Assembly: GCF_000181795.1 (NCBI RefSeq)
Contig: NW_003526943.1
Coordinates: forward strand, 7,213,566-7,277,565
Length of the DNA stretch: 64,000 nucleotides
Direction: 5' to 3'
DNA from: Trichinella spiralis
Lineage: Eukaryota
Positions 28,101 to 43,781 of this stretch are shown piece by piece. How positions within the stretch are numbered: the stretch's first letter is position 1; every line of letters begins with the position of its first letter. Below the pieces are notes generated by a model. That model did no database searches. It had not been told where the DNA came from and was given only the letters and a program-made list of their open reading frames with translations. The translations under genes and the position numbers were made by a program.

Positions 28101-30802
28101 CTGATGGAATTTCACAACATGCCAATTTGTTGATAGTCCCAGTGGTCAATTGAAATATTATTTCCATGCATTCTTCACAATTATGACAGGGTAATTTTTT
28201 TAATTTACAGAAAAAATGAATCAACTCAGTAAGTTAATAGACAGAAAAGCAAGCATGAAGAAAAGCATGGTTGGTTGTATTGACAATGATGATATTTCTT
28301 ATTAAAAGTGAAGGAAGACTTTTGATTTTGGGGTGGGGCTGCTGGCAAACTGCAACTAGTAATTAGCTGCTTTTCCAAGCAGCGATGCGCCGCAAGGCAT
28401 CATCCGCTTGCAAAGCATGTTCGAATAGAAGAATTGCGAATGTGAAACATTTCGCCACAAAATCTAATTTATCAAAACTTTGTTTTCCCATTGAAATCAG
28501 TTATGCCAGCTGAAGCTATTTTATTATGGCAGGTTGTGAGATAGCGGAATGTATGTTTTTCATCATTGTCGTGCATCGTTTGCCATTCTAGGATGGAGTT
28601 TTTCATCACTGGCTTGTACAACGTGTTTTCAAGTGTTCGAGCATGTTTAAAGGATAATTGGAAGGTCTGTTGCGTTATTGAAAATTTAAACAAATCATTG
28701 ATTTTTCCCTTATTATTTAAACTTTTCTTTTTTTTATTTGGAGTTGATATTGAAGACTCAGCATGACAAAAAAGTCATCTACAATATAGTCAATCATAGT
28801 CAAAATTGGTCTTTGTTTAGAGCATTCAATTATTAATATAAAAAACAAAATTTTCATGTGTTTTTTTAATTTTTTGTGTTTTCATGAAAAGTCTATTTCC
28901 ATGATTGTAGACCTCTAAAGTCATCAGTTTACAGTTGAAATAGCAATAATGTAAAGTAATGGCCATCTAGTTAACAGTTAAGTGCATAATTTATCACGAA
29001 ACAAAAGAGTGCTATCAAATTGTTCATCTCAAACTGAAATAATTTTTTCGGTGATCACTTTTGTTCATTTCTATTCCCAAATATTTATTTTTATTTAATT
29101 TAAAGAAAAAACAGTTTAATATAACAAAAGTCACTTCATACTGTAAGTATATTTGAATTTAATGAAATTTTAAAAATATGGCTAAAGAATAAAGTGCGAA
29201 TAAATAATTGATGATCTAATCACTTTGCAATTATGAAATTAAATTATTTAATTTGTTTAAAGCATAACTGCTCACTTGTAGAATTGAAAGTTTATGAAAT
29301 AAAAAAATTATTAATAAAAAAAGAGATGACATCACTAGGAAAGCAGAAATCAATGCGTTCTTTCTTTCAGAATCACTGAAATTTGCAATTTATGCACAAA
29401 AGCTAATTGATGAAATATTTATTGCAATACTTTTTTCTCTCTGTGAATTAAATATGTATGCAAGCAATATCTGAAAATTTCAAAATTCATATACTTAATG
29501 GGAGTATCATTATTAGTATTATTATTAATCAGCTTTTCTTCGCATCCTGATCACCTACAATGCGGCACTGTATCATTTATTTTTGTCAAAGCGACAATTA
29601 ATGGAATATTATATATGTGCTTTGCAGTGTTGAAAAGTGTGAAAATATCTTTTGAAGTGATTAGTGAAATGTGTGTATGTGTGTGTGAGAAATGCCGAAA
29701 CAAATTTTCCTCTTACCGTCATTAGATAATTCGAAATTTTGAAAATGATAGTTTCGAAAAAAAGAAGTTGACAGCATTCATTATTTATTTGCATTGGATT
29801 TATTTGCAAAGCATCCCTCAAGGATTGGATACGAACGTGCCTGATTAAAAACTGCCTTGCAATAAATGATTACTACTCGCGCAATAACGTTGGAAACCTT
29901 TTCATCAGATTGTTCAAGCTGCAAAATTGGCTTTTTACTTCAACAGTTTTTAATTTCCTCTCAAGGGCTGGCTTAGTCTACTAAAATGCACAAATTTATT
30001 TTTAATTTTACATTTTTTAAACAATTTTTTGAAATTCATTTCCTTTCTTTTACAAAAATATGCAAATGATTAAATGATGAAATTTTAGATTTAGCCCTGT
30101 TCAACAGGGCTTTTTTCTTATAAAACTTTACACGAAATGAAGTAAATACATATTTAAAAAAATATAAATCTGTATTGAATGTTTAAGAACAACTTTAATT
30201 TGCGTATTGAATTTGCTGCGGCTCGATGTCGTTTCTTCGTTTCATTTGTTTTTCTAAAAAATTAAATCAAACATTTTTTCAAAGAGAGGAAAGGAGGTTA
30301 ATATTGAAAATGCCATGCTAATAAAGCTTGCACTTTTGATTAGATACGATTGAACTTGGAAAATATGCTAATACGAAATGATGGGCAAATTCCCAGTTCG
30401 ATTAGATTGATTTGACGTGTGTCATTGATTTCAATATTATGTCTAGTCGTTTCAGCATTTGTTTAACTTTCTGCGGATTTGCGTTTCAATTCCCAAAAAT
30501 TACATACTTCGAAGGTGGTTGATTGCTTTTTTGTGAAATTGTATAAAAATTGCTCGATCACTGACAAGTATCTTAATGATCACAGACAAGTTATGCGTAA
30601 TTGCTGCATTGAACACTAGCTGATTTTGTGTGTGCACCCATTTCTAATCATTATTCAAGCAGGTGATGCAAAAGAATATAGCAATTTCGGATATTAATTT
30701 TATTTTTCGTTTTTGGATATTCAAAAAATGTCTGTCTAATTATAGCTTTTCTCACCACTTTCTGATGATAGCTTGTTTTCCGTCAGAAAAAAAGTGAACA
30801 AA

Positions 30803-33670
<2,868 letters not shown>

Positions 33671-34349
33671 GAAGCTTTGAACTGTTTCTGTTGCGTAAAG
33701 CTTGCTTACGATGGAATGGCAAATATTTAGGTCAAGTTGAACGTTTAAGTCATATTTGGTGCTGATTGACTCACTGTCAGGTTGTTTGCATTTCAGAATT
33801 AATATTGCCAAATTTTGTGACGCCAGTTGTGCAAAGCATGTTGTAAACAATAAAAAAATTTAAGTATGATTAATTAATTTTATTAGATAAAACATCGTCG
33901 TGAAAGAAATGTTTCACTCAATGAATAATATTTAAACAACTACTTATAATGCTTTGTATATTCTGTGAAAGTGGAATTGTAAAGAAATATTTTTTAAAAG
34001 TGAAAACCACATATGAAAGTATGAGATAATAAATTTGTTACTGTGCGTTGAGGTTTCAAAATTGAAATTTATATTTTGTCATTGATGTTAACAAATGCCA
34101 ACATGAAAACAAATTCCAGAGAACTTTGTATATGCTATTTAATTAAAAATTTTCTACAAATGAAAAAATATTCTAAATTCGAAGACAAAAGAAACAAAAT
34201 AAAATGAGAAACAGTAAAAAAATACTTCTTGTTTCATATAAAAAAATTGAAATAAAAATTTTGCCTGAAATGGCTGCAGACAGTGTTTCTGCTATGGCGG
34301 TGATGACTGAGTGAATCTCGCCCGTGTACGAATAGAATAAAAAAGTGAA

Positions 34350-37022
34350 TCAAATAAATGACGGCACCATGACATTCAAAGAATCATCGAAAAAGGCAAA
34401 ATGTGGATCAGCATTCAGTGCTGAATTTGCAGTGTTTAAAGTGTCCATGGAAAAGCCAAACACAGTAGGAAGATCTTGACCACTGGCCAGATCAAATTCA
34501 GGAGAGTCATCCGGTAGGAATGAATCACTCACACTGACTGACTCAACGGACACTGGACTGGCGAAACAATTTTCTTTGACCAACGATCTGAATGCAGTCA
34601 CATCAATACCCACTAAATCATCAGGAACATCGGTCTCTGTCGGCAAGAATTGTGAATCCTTAAAAAAGAAAAATTACACTTCTGTTATGATAGTAAGACA
34701 GGATAGAACTTGATTGTTTTTAAGATACGGTAAAATTTTTAAATGCATTGTTTTGTTGATATGAAATTTCCAACAGCGATAAATGAAGTGTAAAATTAGA
34801 ATACAAAAACATACAGACACAAAAAAGGAAAAAGAAAAAGAAATCAGGACTGTCGTTTGGACATGATGAGTGAAGAAAAAGTGAAAGCGACAGACAGCAC
34901 TGCGGTGAGAAAGTAGGTACAGACGTCGGGTTTCCCAGAGGCTACAGGCAACCTTGAAAGCGTTCCGAATTAGTGACGATTATGCAATGGACAATGAAAG
35001 CGGTGCCTGGTACAGGTTGGACATCGCCTGTGCTGATTGAGGACGTGTGCGTCCGTAGGCGGTCAGAAAAATGAATACTGTCCAGTGAAAACAAGTTTCT
35101 CTACAGTGCCGTGTAAGCCTCCGACCGGCACTGAGAAAGTTAGCTTTAGCATGCTTTTTTTATTTAAATTTTTAATTTTTAATCTAATCAGGTGAGTCAA
35201 AATTGATCATTGTCATTTCTGAAGCAATTTTCAAATTATAATTATTTGCCTTACAGTTGTGAAGTAAAATCTGCCTCACTAGCGATTCAACTATGCACAC
35301 AGTAGTGTTGACGAAAAATATCGAATGAAACTGAAAATAACAGCATCAGAATATTGTATGTAGATGTTTTCTGTGAAACGCTTCAGTGAAACTGAAACAC
35401 TGAGTTATTTAAAAATGGAAACAAACGTTTCAGTGATTTCCAAATTCAGAAAACTATTATTCATTATCAATCATTTTTTACACCAATTTAGGTTTTTAAC
35501 GGCAGTTTGTTACATTTTCAGAAACCGTGCTATTCTTATAATTTCGAACAGACAAATCAGTTTTGATTTTAAAATGTTTCATTATAATTAATGTACTTGA
35601 TTATTTATTGCCGACATGATTTTCAATAACTGAAGCATCGATGTTCAAAGTGGAAAATTGAATAAACAAGCTGTAAAATGACGACAGAAAATATGATACT
35701 TTATTCGACATTATTTTTCCGCTTGTTTGATAAATGACACTTTTTTAAAAAAATAACTGTTACTTTTCTTTTTCAGAAGTTCATAGTTCATAATTGAATT
35801 TGAAAGCACTGAGTAATTGAATTTAAAAATTTGCAAATATGACAATAAGAAAACAAAGCTACAAATCACCCAAATTTTAAAGTAGCTGAAAATTTAAAAA
35901 AAGTTTTATTGCAATAAATTTTAAGAAAAAATATTTTTTCTTTTTAAAATAGAAAGTTTTTAAATGGTGTTTCTTTGTTAAAAAAAACAATTTCTCTAAC
36001 TGAATTTCACGCTTCCACGCCATTTTGTTCAAATGCGGAAAATTGCTGAACTCACCGCTTTAAAATAAAATAAAATAAAAAGGAAAAAAAACAGGTCCAC
36101 TACGTCAAGCGGAAAGCAGAATTTCAAGGCTGAAGATTTTTCTACTAGGAGGAAGTTTTTTCCCTTTCCCTACCCCTTATTATACAGAATTTTGATTTGA
36201 GAAAAAAGCCAGTAATTAAAAACAGCAAATAATAAACGACAACAACAGTAATGATGAAATTTTACTTACCTCAACTTTGCAAGCAACGTTCAAAGCTGGC
36301 TCTTCCACTTTACCCGGCTGTTCGAAGCTGACATCTGTTGCCAGTGGCCAGCAAGCTTTGCAATTGTTCAACATACCGTTCATTTTCCTGGTCTCCTCTT
36401 TCAGCTGATTCAGCTGGGATTCGAGCTCGATCACGCTGGCAACCATGTCGACCAGGGTTCGAAAACGGTTCGGCTCTTTCGACAAATTTGGCATCTTCTT
36501 CCTAAGCAGCTCGAACACCGCCGCAGCGGAACGGGGACTTTTCACCGCATCTTCGTTGATTACAGTCGGCGGCGGGGTGGGAAATTCAAACGCCGCCCCG
36601 TTGGCGCTGTTGCTAGGCGACAGCGGCGAATAAGCGATCGGATCCTGCTGGGCGTTGGTTGCATGGCAAGTTGGAAGTTGGAATGCACCACTGCAAGGAC
36701 CATAGACCGTGGTTCCATTTTGTACAACAACAGGCGACGGAGGAGGAGTCAGCTGGGCGCCCACTGGGGTCGAGTGATCCACTGTCCGCGCTGTCCGTGG
36801 CTGATATGGAGAATAATACGAATTGGGTGTGTTCCATCGTCGATGCTTGCGTCCCTTTTCCGCACGAGATGTGATCGACGCATAATAATCACCGCCAATT
36901 GTTGGCGTGTACTGGTCAGTCCAACCGAGTATGCGACGAGTTTTCTCTTCCAAGGTAGAACCGAGAGTTGAAGGGGCTGTTGTTGGCATAGCAGCCGTAC
37001 GGCACGTATCACTGACCAGCAT
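34350..37022 (-). CDS. Uncharacterised protein with degenerate HLH-leucine zipper and acidic C-terminus, 2 coding exons (37022-36270, 34658-34350), about 353 aa
   Basis: GC-rich open exons joined in phase 0 (GAG|gtaagt ... ttttaag|GAT). Contains FELLRKKMP-loop-RFRTLVDMVASVIELESQLNQLKEE. The 3' end could splice further. Confidence 0.7.
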
Positions 37023-37237
37023 TATTATTATTATTATGTATCTGTCTATGTAGAAGATGTCTATGTATCCGTGTGTATGTCTAAACAGCAAACCAATAAT
37101 ATGTATCAGAAAAGGGAATGTGTATATATGTATGTATGTATGTAGGTATGTGCTGTTGAAGTCTTAAGCAATCTGAGCACCAAACAGCTTGGTGGAATAG
37201 CAACAGACTACTGCCAGGCGGAAAATAATGTCGTTTA

Positions 37238-37246
37238 TTTTATACA
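37238..37246 (-). promoter_or_regulatory. Candidate TATA box for the HLH-ZIP orphan gene
   Basis: The minus strand reads GTGTATAAAA about 220 bp upstream of ATG 37022, at the edge of a GC-richer proximal region. Confidence 0.35.
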
Positions 37247-40200
37247 CGCTACAAAACAGGCGACTACAGGCGACAAGCTATCTTGCCTGAACAACTTTTC
37301 GAGCGCGACACCGCCTGACACAGAAGACACGTGCAAAGAGCATCTGGGTCGTCATTGCTAATGTAAAACACAACAGTGAAAGTGAGTGAATGCGCATCAA
37401 CAAGAGTGACATAGGAAATTTTGTAAAAAATGAATGCATCCGACATGATGCGTGATGTAAATAAATAAATAAATGAATGAAATGAATAAACAACAACAAC
37501 AGTTAAACATCTTTCACTTGTCATTTCTGATTTCTTCTGAATAGCAAAAAATGGAGGTAAAATGGAAAAATATTTATTCAACAAATTAATAAAACTCTAC
37601 TAATCACAAGACCGCACAAACAGTTTGAAGGGTTTTATGAATTTTATCTATAATACAGCAGTGATGAAATCATCTCAGGCTAATTTCCTGCACTAACGAC
37701 TGAACAGCTACACCTTCATTTTGACAGTTCATCTTATTTACCCGCAATTTGCCTTTAGCATTAACATGGAAATATATTGACAAAAGTAATCTTTCATCAT
37801 TCTATTCAACTAGAACAGTAATAAATGATTAACCACTTCAAGAGGAACGCTTGCAAAATAATACACGCCATACCATTGCGGTTTTCATATCATTTTTCCT
37901 TGTACCTGCTATTTTGTTTTGAAATATTTTCTTTCATTCTTCAACATCGACTTTATCCATTCCACCAAGTATGCAGAATAATATAAAATTGCGTGGGAAA
38001 TTGCATTTCCCATATTACAAAACCAGGAAATGTCAGCCATGCAGATAATATTGAAATCTTCCCTTGAGAGAGGCAGTTTTTACATCAAAAAGAAATTGAC
38101 ATTGAAAAATGCCATTAAATGATTATTTCAATATTTATGATAAAGGAAAAATTGAAATGAAAAAAATGAACATAAATGGAATAACAGCATCATCAAGACT
38201 AATTCATTTGAACTAATTTCGTTATGAGTAACAGTGATCATTTTTAAGATGGAAAAAACAATACAAAACCAACTACTTGTACAGATATATTCAATGCATC
38301 ATCAGAAAAACCATGATATGCTTACTGATGATGCGACCCTTCATGAAAAAAAAGAATATAGATAAAATTTCATTTTCCAAATTGCAAATGAAATTTTCAA
38401 ATTTCATTATTTCCAATTCTATTTTTGAAAATCAGGAAAATGAAAAATTGCAACTGATTGTTTGTTATTGCACTTTTCTATTGATTCGTGTGTTCATTGC
38501 AATAGAGGATACTTCTTTACATTTACAAGTTTTGCAACAAAAATACCATACGCTTGAGAAAATTATTAAAAATTAATAAAAAACAAACAAATAAACAAAA
38601 AGATTACTAGAATGAGATTTCTTTTGCAGAGATAGAATGTGTTTTATGCTTTGCAAGTTTGCATAGTGTTGCAAAATAATTTGCAATACAGCAACGTTCG
38701 AAGAGGATTGTTCGAAGAATTAATGAGCAAATTGATGTTGATTTGCATTAGAAGAATTAAAATTCGAAATTTCCTGCCTGAGCTAAATGAAGCGGGAAAG
38801 CAGAATCGAATCAGAATTATTTGATTTGACCAGTTTTTTTCAACAAAATGAACAAGCAATAACTACCAAGTAGGGAGTCGTCCCGGACTGGTCGCTTTGT
38901 GCTAAATGAACAATGGGGACTTCAATGTGGGCGGTACTGTCTCTGTGTTTCACTTTTCTCCTTACTATCCCTCCGCATTCATTAATTTTCCTCTCGAAGC
39001 TAAAGCTTTGTCAACTTGAAAACAGCACATGCCGTCTCAGCTAATTGCTCATGCACATAACTGTAATATGATTGAATAGATGTTTTTTCGAATAAGCAAA
39101 TATGCAAATCGAATAAATAATAAGAAATAAAGACTATATTAGAAAGGCATACTTACTAATGAATTAATTGCAAATGGAAAAAGTTGACAACAATGAATAA
39201 ATAGATGAATGAATGAATGAATGAATGAATGGGATGGAAAAAGCAATAATGCTGATGAGAAGCAGCCAAACAGTTTGTTTGTATCAAGTGACAAGCAACG
39301 AATGGCCAGAGTTTGGAAAATAAACAAGAAGCCGGCTTTGATGATTACCAAAATGAAACGGTCAGGGCCAAAACACTTGCGAATGCATTCCCCTGGTACT
39401 GGACGACACAGCCCCAATTTCTTCTCCCGTCGCTTGTGAATAGTCGCATCATCCGCACATTACAGCACAAACAAGCGCCACATTGCGACCCCTATTTCAC
39501 ACCTACTCGGCATTTTGCACGCCTCCGCCCTTGTGATGTGTTTTTCATTAACTGGCGAAGATATTCGATTTCAAAGTCGATCGAAATGGCGCTTAAGAAT
39601 GCGGGTCATTTTCCAACTTGTAAACTAGTCAAGGACGCATGCTTTGCTATCATCATCTTAAATTTCACTTCCCCCACAACAACAACCAAACTGCATCCCA
39701 ACGTATGCTTCTTCACAAGAAGTGAAACATCCTTTCATTGATCATCATGATAAAACCGTTTGCACATTCTGCATGGAATGACAAAATTGCAAGAAAAAAA
39801 TAACCAACAATCCTAAACATGCAAAATGTATTTTAGCATCGCATGCCGTTTTGGCTTTCAAAATTATGCAAAACAAACCTTTCGCAACTTTTGTAGCTCA
39901 TTTTGACAACTTTTAATCTGAAATATTGTTAATGTTCAACTTTAGTATGCAAAAATTAAAATCGACGATCACTGCTGAATGAACATATGCTTACATAAAA
40001 TGCTGCAAATTAAGCCAAAAAATTGATTGCAAATTTAAATAGAATTAATTATTGCAAAAACAACATAACAATTATTACAAACTGTGATAATAATATTTTA
40101 TTATAAATGGTTGACAAGTATGCATTTTAAAGAATAAATTAAATGATCACAACGTTGTTTAAAATTTGTGTATTCAATATGGATATTTTAAAATTAAAGC

Positions 40201-43200
40201 ATTTTTAAAGATTGTTTAAATAAAAATAGTTTTAAAATATAATTTAGAAATGATTGAAAATGATTAATATGGTTGGAAAGTTACAATTGCATCTATTGCA
40301 ATGTATTTTTTAAAATATATAATTTTGCATTGCATTTTGGTTTATACAATTTTTCGCATGGCATTCAAGACATCGGACATCTTGAAAATATCCAACAAAG
40401 CCGAAGAAGATGAGATGCTCAAACAATGGTCAGTTGTTTTTTTGGTCATTTCCATCATTCGCTTGTTGCCAATTCTCTTTTCTCACAACGTGACAATTCT
40501 GTGCATCGGCATCTGCGCAGTGTATCCACCCGCCTACAGCTTCATCTACGACCATCTGATACGGTCTTATCTTTTGAAAAAGGAAAGAAAAATCGATCGT
40601 TTACTGAAAATCATCAAACAACAATGGCATTTGATTATCATCAATTTTTCCGTTAAAATTATGCGACTAATTTACACTTTTTTTAATACCTGCAAACCAA
40701 CTTCCCCCAATGCCACGCCCATTTCTGATACTTGGCAGGAAATTGCTTCGCAGTTATTAACTGATAAAAAAGGCATCGATGAGTCACAATTCAATTAATC
40801 CATTTATAATCTGCTCATTGGCTTTGCTGAATTAAATTGCTTCCACTTGTCTATTGGTTGATTCTTGAATTCAAGAAGGTAAACTTTTCGAACTTTCAGT
40901 TGTCACATACATTTTGCCCATCATTGGCAATATTTTACAAAAAAATTCTTTAAAAGTACAAATTACAAATAATCTGCAATTCAAAGATAAGCTTTATATT
41001 GCTTATCAGATTGGATGTGTTACCTTTCGAAATTTTACTTTTTGCAATCAAAAAATGTGAAAATAAAATTAAAATAAACCAAATTTCTTAAAACATTTGG
41101 CAGAATTTGTTTGCAGATATATCTACGAATTATTACTTAAACAATTTTTAAAGTTATAAATATCATTTTTGATTATAAGATCAACTTTTTAAATTTTACA
41201 TAAAACATGGCAAAATAAGTCAAGCAAGTCAGCATACATTGGTAAAAAATTTCCTTTATTTTTCACAATTATCAATTATAAATATTTAGAAAATGCAACA
41301 AAAATTAATAAATAAATCAATTTCATTTATCACAGTTTACATGATACAATATTTGCATAATTAAATACAGCACTGAAATTGATTGAAAAGAATTCCACCT
41401 TAGTCATCAAGTAGTTTTAATTGTTTTCCATTGAGAAAAATGAAAAGTAATAATCATATGGGCGTTCTGAAGTGGCTACAATAATGATTCGCCTTTGTCA
41501 TGCTCAATTAAGCTTGTTTATCAAAAAGTTGCATTTGGTGCTTGCCACTGCCAGGTAGGACCATCTTCAAAATGCTATTTGGGAGTTCTTTTTTCACAGA
41601 ATGTCCCACTTTTGGCTAAAGCCTTATTATGAATAATCCTTTTGAAAGAATTCATAAACAAACATGCTGGAAAATTATCTTCAATTAAAAAACCATAAAT
41701 AAACAAAACAAGTTTACTGAATATAATTTATTCAAAGTTATTTAAATTCACATTTAAGTTCAACATGAAAAATTTTGAACTGTTCACAATTTGCCAACCA
41801 TTTTATAAATAAAAATTTCCATGTGTTATTTAAGTTTTCAAATGATCTTTAGTTATTGCTTAATAAAATTATTCTCTTTATATTGTCATTTTGCAAATAA
41901 TTTTCATTGTAAGTAATGGGGCAGATAATCAATGAGGAAATTCTGAGTACTGCCCTCAGTCAAAATCATAATTAATAAGTCAAAATATGCACATTTGACA
42001 TCATTTAACACACAAACATTAACGCCTCTTATTTACCACAGTTTGAGAAAAACAAAAGAAACTTTCACTTGATTATGCAAATATAATCAATTTCATAAAA
42101 ATTTCCAATTTAAAAAATAAAGTTGGAACAATTTTTTGTTTGTTTGTTATTTTCTAAAATAAATAATATGGTAATAAGCAGCATGCAACATTTGCAAACA
42201 CTTTTCATTGTAAAGGTCATAAAGTTATTACCAACTTTGTAATATCAAGGAAACTGGCTGAACAAACAGATAACTAACCACAACAAAAATAATTACAATG
42301 ATAAATCAGATCCATTTTTCAAAATGGCTATAAAAATTTCCGGGAACTAAAAAGCAATACTGACTTCACCATAGCAGTGATACGTCATTAAATTTAGGAA
42401 ATAATTTAACCGTGCAATGATAAAGAAAGGGCCTTTTGTCATAAATAAATTTCCATTAATTGTTGAGAATTTCTTTTCAGGAAAATGCAAAATTCATTTA
42501 CTAACAAACACCAATAAAGAAAACATTCCAATCATGAATAAATGCTATGCTTTACAATATAAGCTTCCAAGCAAAAAATGCAGAGTAATTGAAAGGAGAA
42601 ATAACTTCACATTTACAAATAAGTTTGTTGTGTAAAATTTGCCCATTTATCTTAAGTAAAACAGTCAGAAATGTAGGTTTGAATTATATTTTGTGGCACC
42701 AGCGTTACTAGCTGATCTTCATTTCACTTTAGATTTGTCTGATTTATGCTGTTTTTGTGAAAATATGACCAGATCCGCGACAACTTCCTTGTGAGAAACT
42801 TCCTGGAAAAGCAGTGGATGTTTTGACTTTGGCCTAGCTCACCTTGTCTGTGATACGCGTGCTTATTACGATATGGGGAGCATAGACTTTGCTGAGTATC
42901 AATAGTTGCTATGGCTCATAAACCTAAAGCGGCCTGGAACGCTCCTATTCTTCACTTAAGGGGTATATGCTGCGAACAGTAAATCCCTTGGAGCTCAGCA
43001 AAATGATGCACTTAACCAAGATGTGCACTTATCCATTATTTTATTATATAATTAACTACAGGGAATTTTGCTAGGCTGAAATCTTGTGCACTTATTCAAT
43101 GTGCAACTAACAAAGTTCGACTGTGAAACAGAAAAACAAAATTTTCGCGCTCTGGTTTCGCAATTTTTCATGAGAAATAAAAAATGCAGTGACACCCAAA

Positions 43201-43299
43201 ATTTCAAGTCGAATATGAATAAAAATACAAAATACATCTATAACGCAGAACAGTAGAAATGAAAAAAGCACAAATACTACAGTTGCAGAAAAGTAGTAA

Positions 43300-43635
43300 A
43301 ATGGCAATTTTGAAAAAGGGTAAAATAAGTGCATAACGATATCAAAAACGGAGTTGCGTTGGAGTATGCAGACTTCAAAAAAGAAAATATACTGGGAGCA
43401 TAGTGATTTTGAAAAGGGAATATAGAGGGACGAGAATGATCTTATTAAGGGAGTATAGTGCGACGACAGTGATTTGGATAAGGGAATATAGTGAGACTGT
43501 TGTGATGTTGAAAACTGAGTATTGTTGTTGCATAATGATTTTAAAAAAGGGAGTATAGTGACGGTATAGTGATTTCGAAAACGGTGTTGCGTTGAATTGA
43601 AGTATGATGATTTTGAAAATAAGTATATTATGTAG
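43300..43635. repeat. Degenerate minisatellite, about 10 copies of a 33-bp unit
   Basis: The TGAT...AAGGGARTATAGTG core recurs at 43404, 43437, 43470, 43503, 43536 and 43570 (period 33-34). Confidence 0.85.
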
Positions 43636-43781
43636 AAAATATGGGACACTGTGCTGCAATGATCATTTATACAGCATTTTTGGCCATTGCTTTTATAACT
43701 CTAGCACTTGCAAATGAAAGTTGATCAGTATATTTACTCCTTCAATTTTATTGAATTTTTCAGCTAGTAAAGACTAAAATT

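Noticed and set aside
30093..30116. AGCCCTGT-TCA-ACAGGGCT hairpin plus T run resembling a rho-independent terminator or Helitron end
   Set aside because: Eukaryotic intergenic DNA with no other Helitron hallmark; an isolated 8-bp stem.
34275..34291. Iron-responsive-element-like hairpin GCAGA-CAGTGTT-TCTGC
   Set aside because: The loop is 7 nt and the bulged C is not at the canonical position.
34850..34894. Hammerhead-like arrangement (stem, TGATGA ... GAAA, stem)
   Set aside because: The core reads ATGATGA rather than CTGATGA, and stems I and II cannot form.
35114..35120. TAAGCCT as a telomerase template for TTAGGC repeats
   Set aside because: Only 7 nt, located in a 3' hairpin loop, and expected by chance.
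43300..43635. CRISPR-like array
   Set aside because: Contiguous degenerate tandem units without unique spacers, in a eukaryotic context with no cas genes.
43107..43659. ORFs with 11-aa periodicity
   Set aside because: They are translations of the 33-bp minisatellite, with no evidence of coding function.
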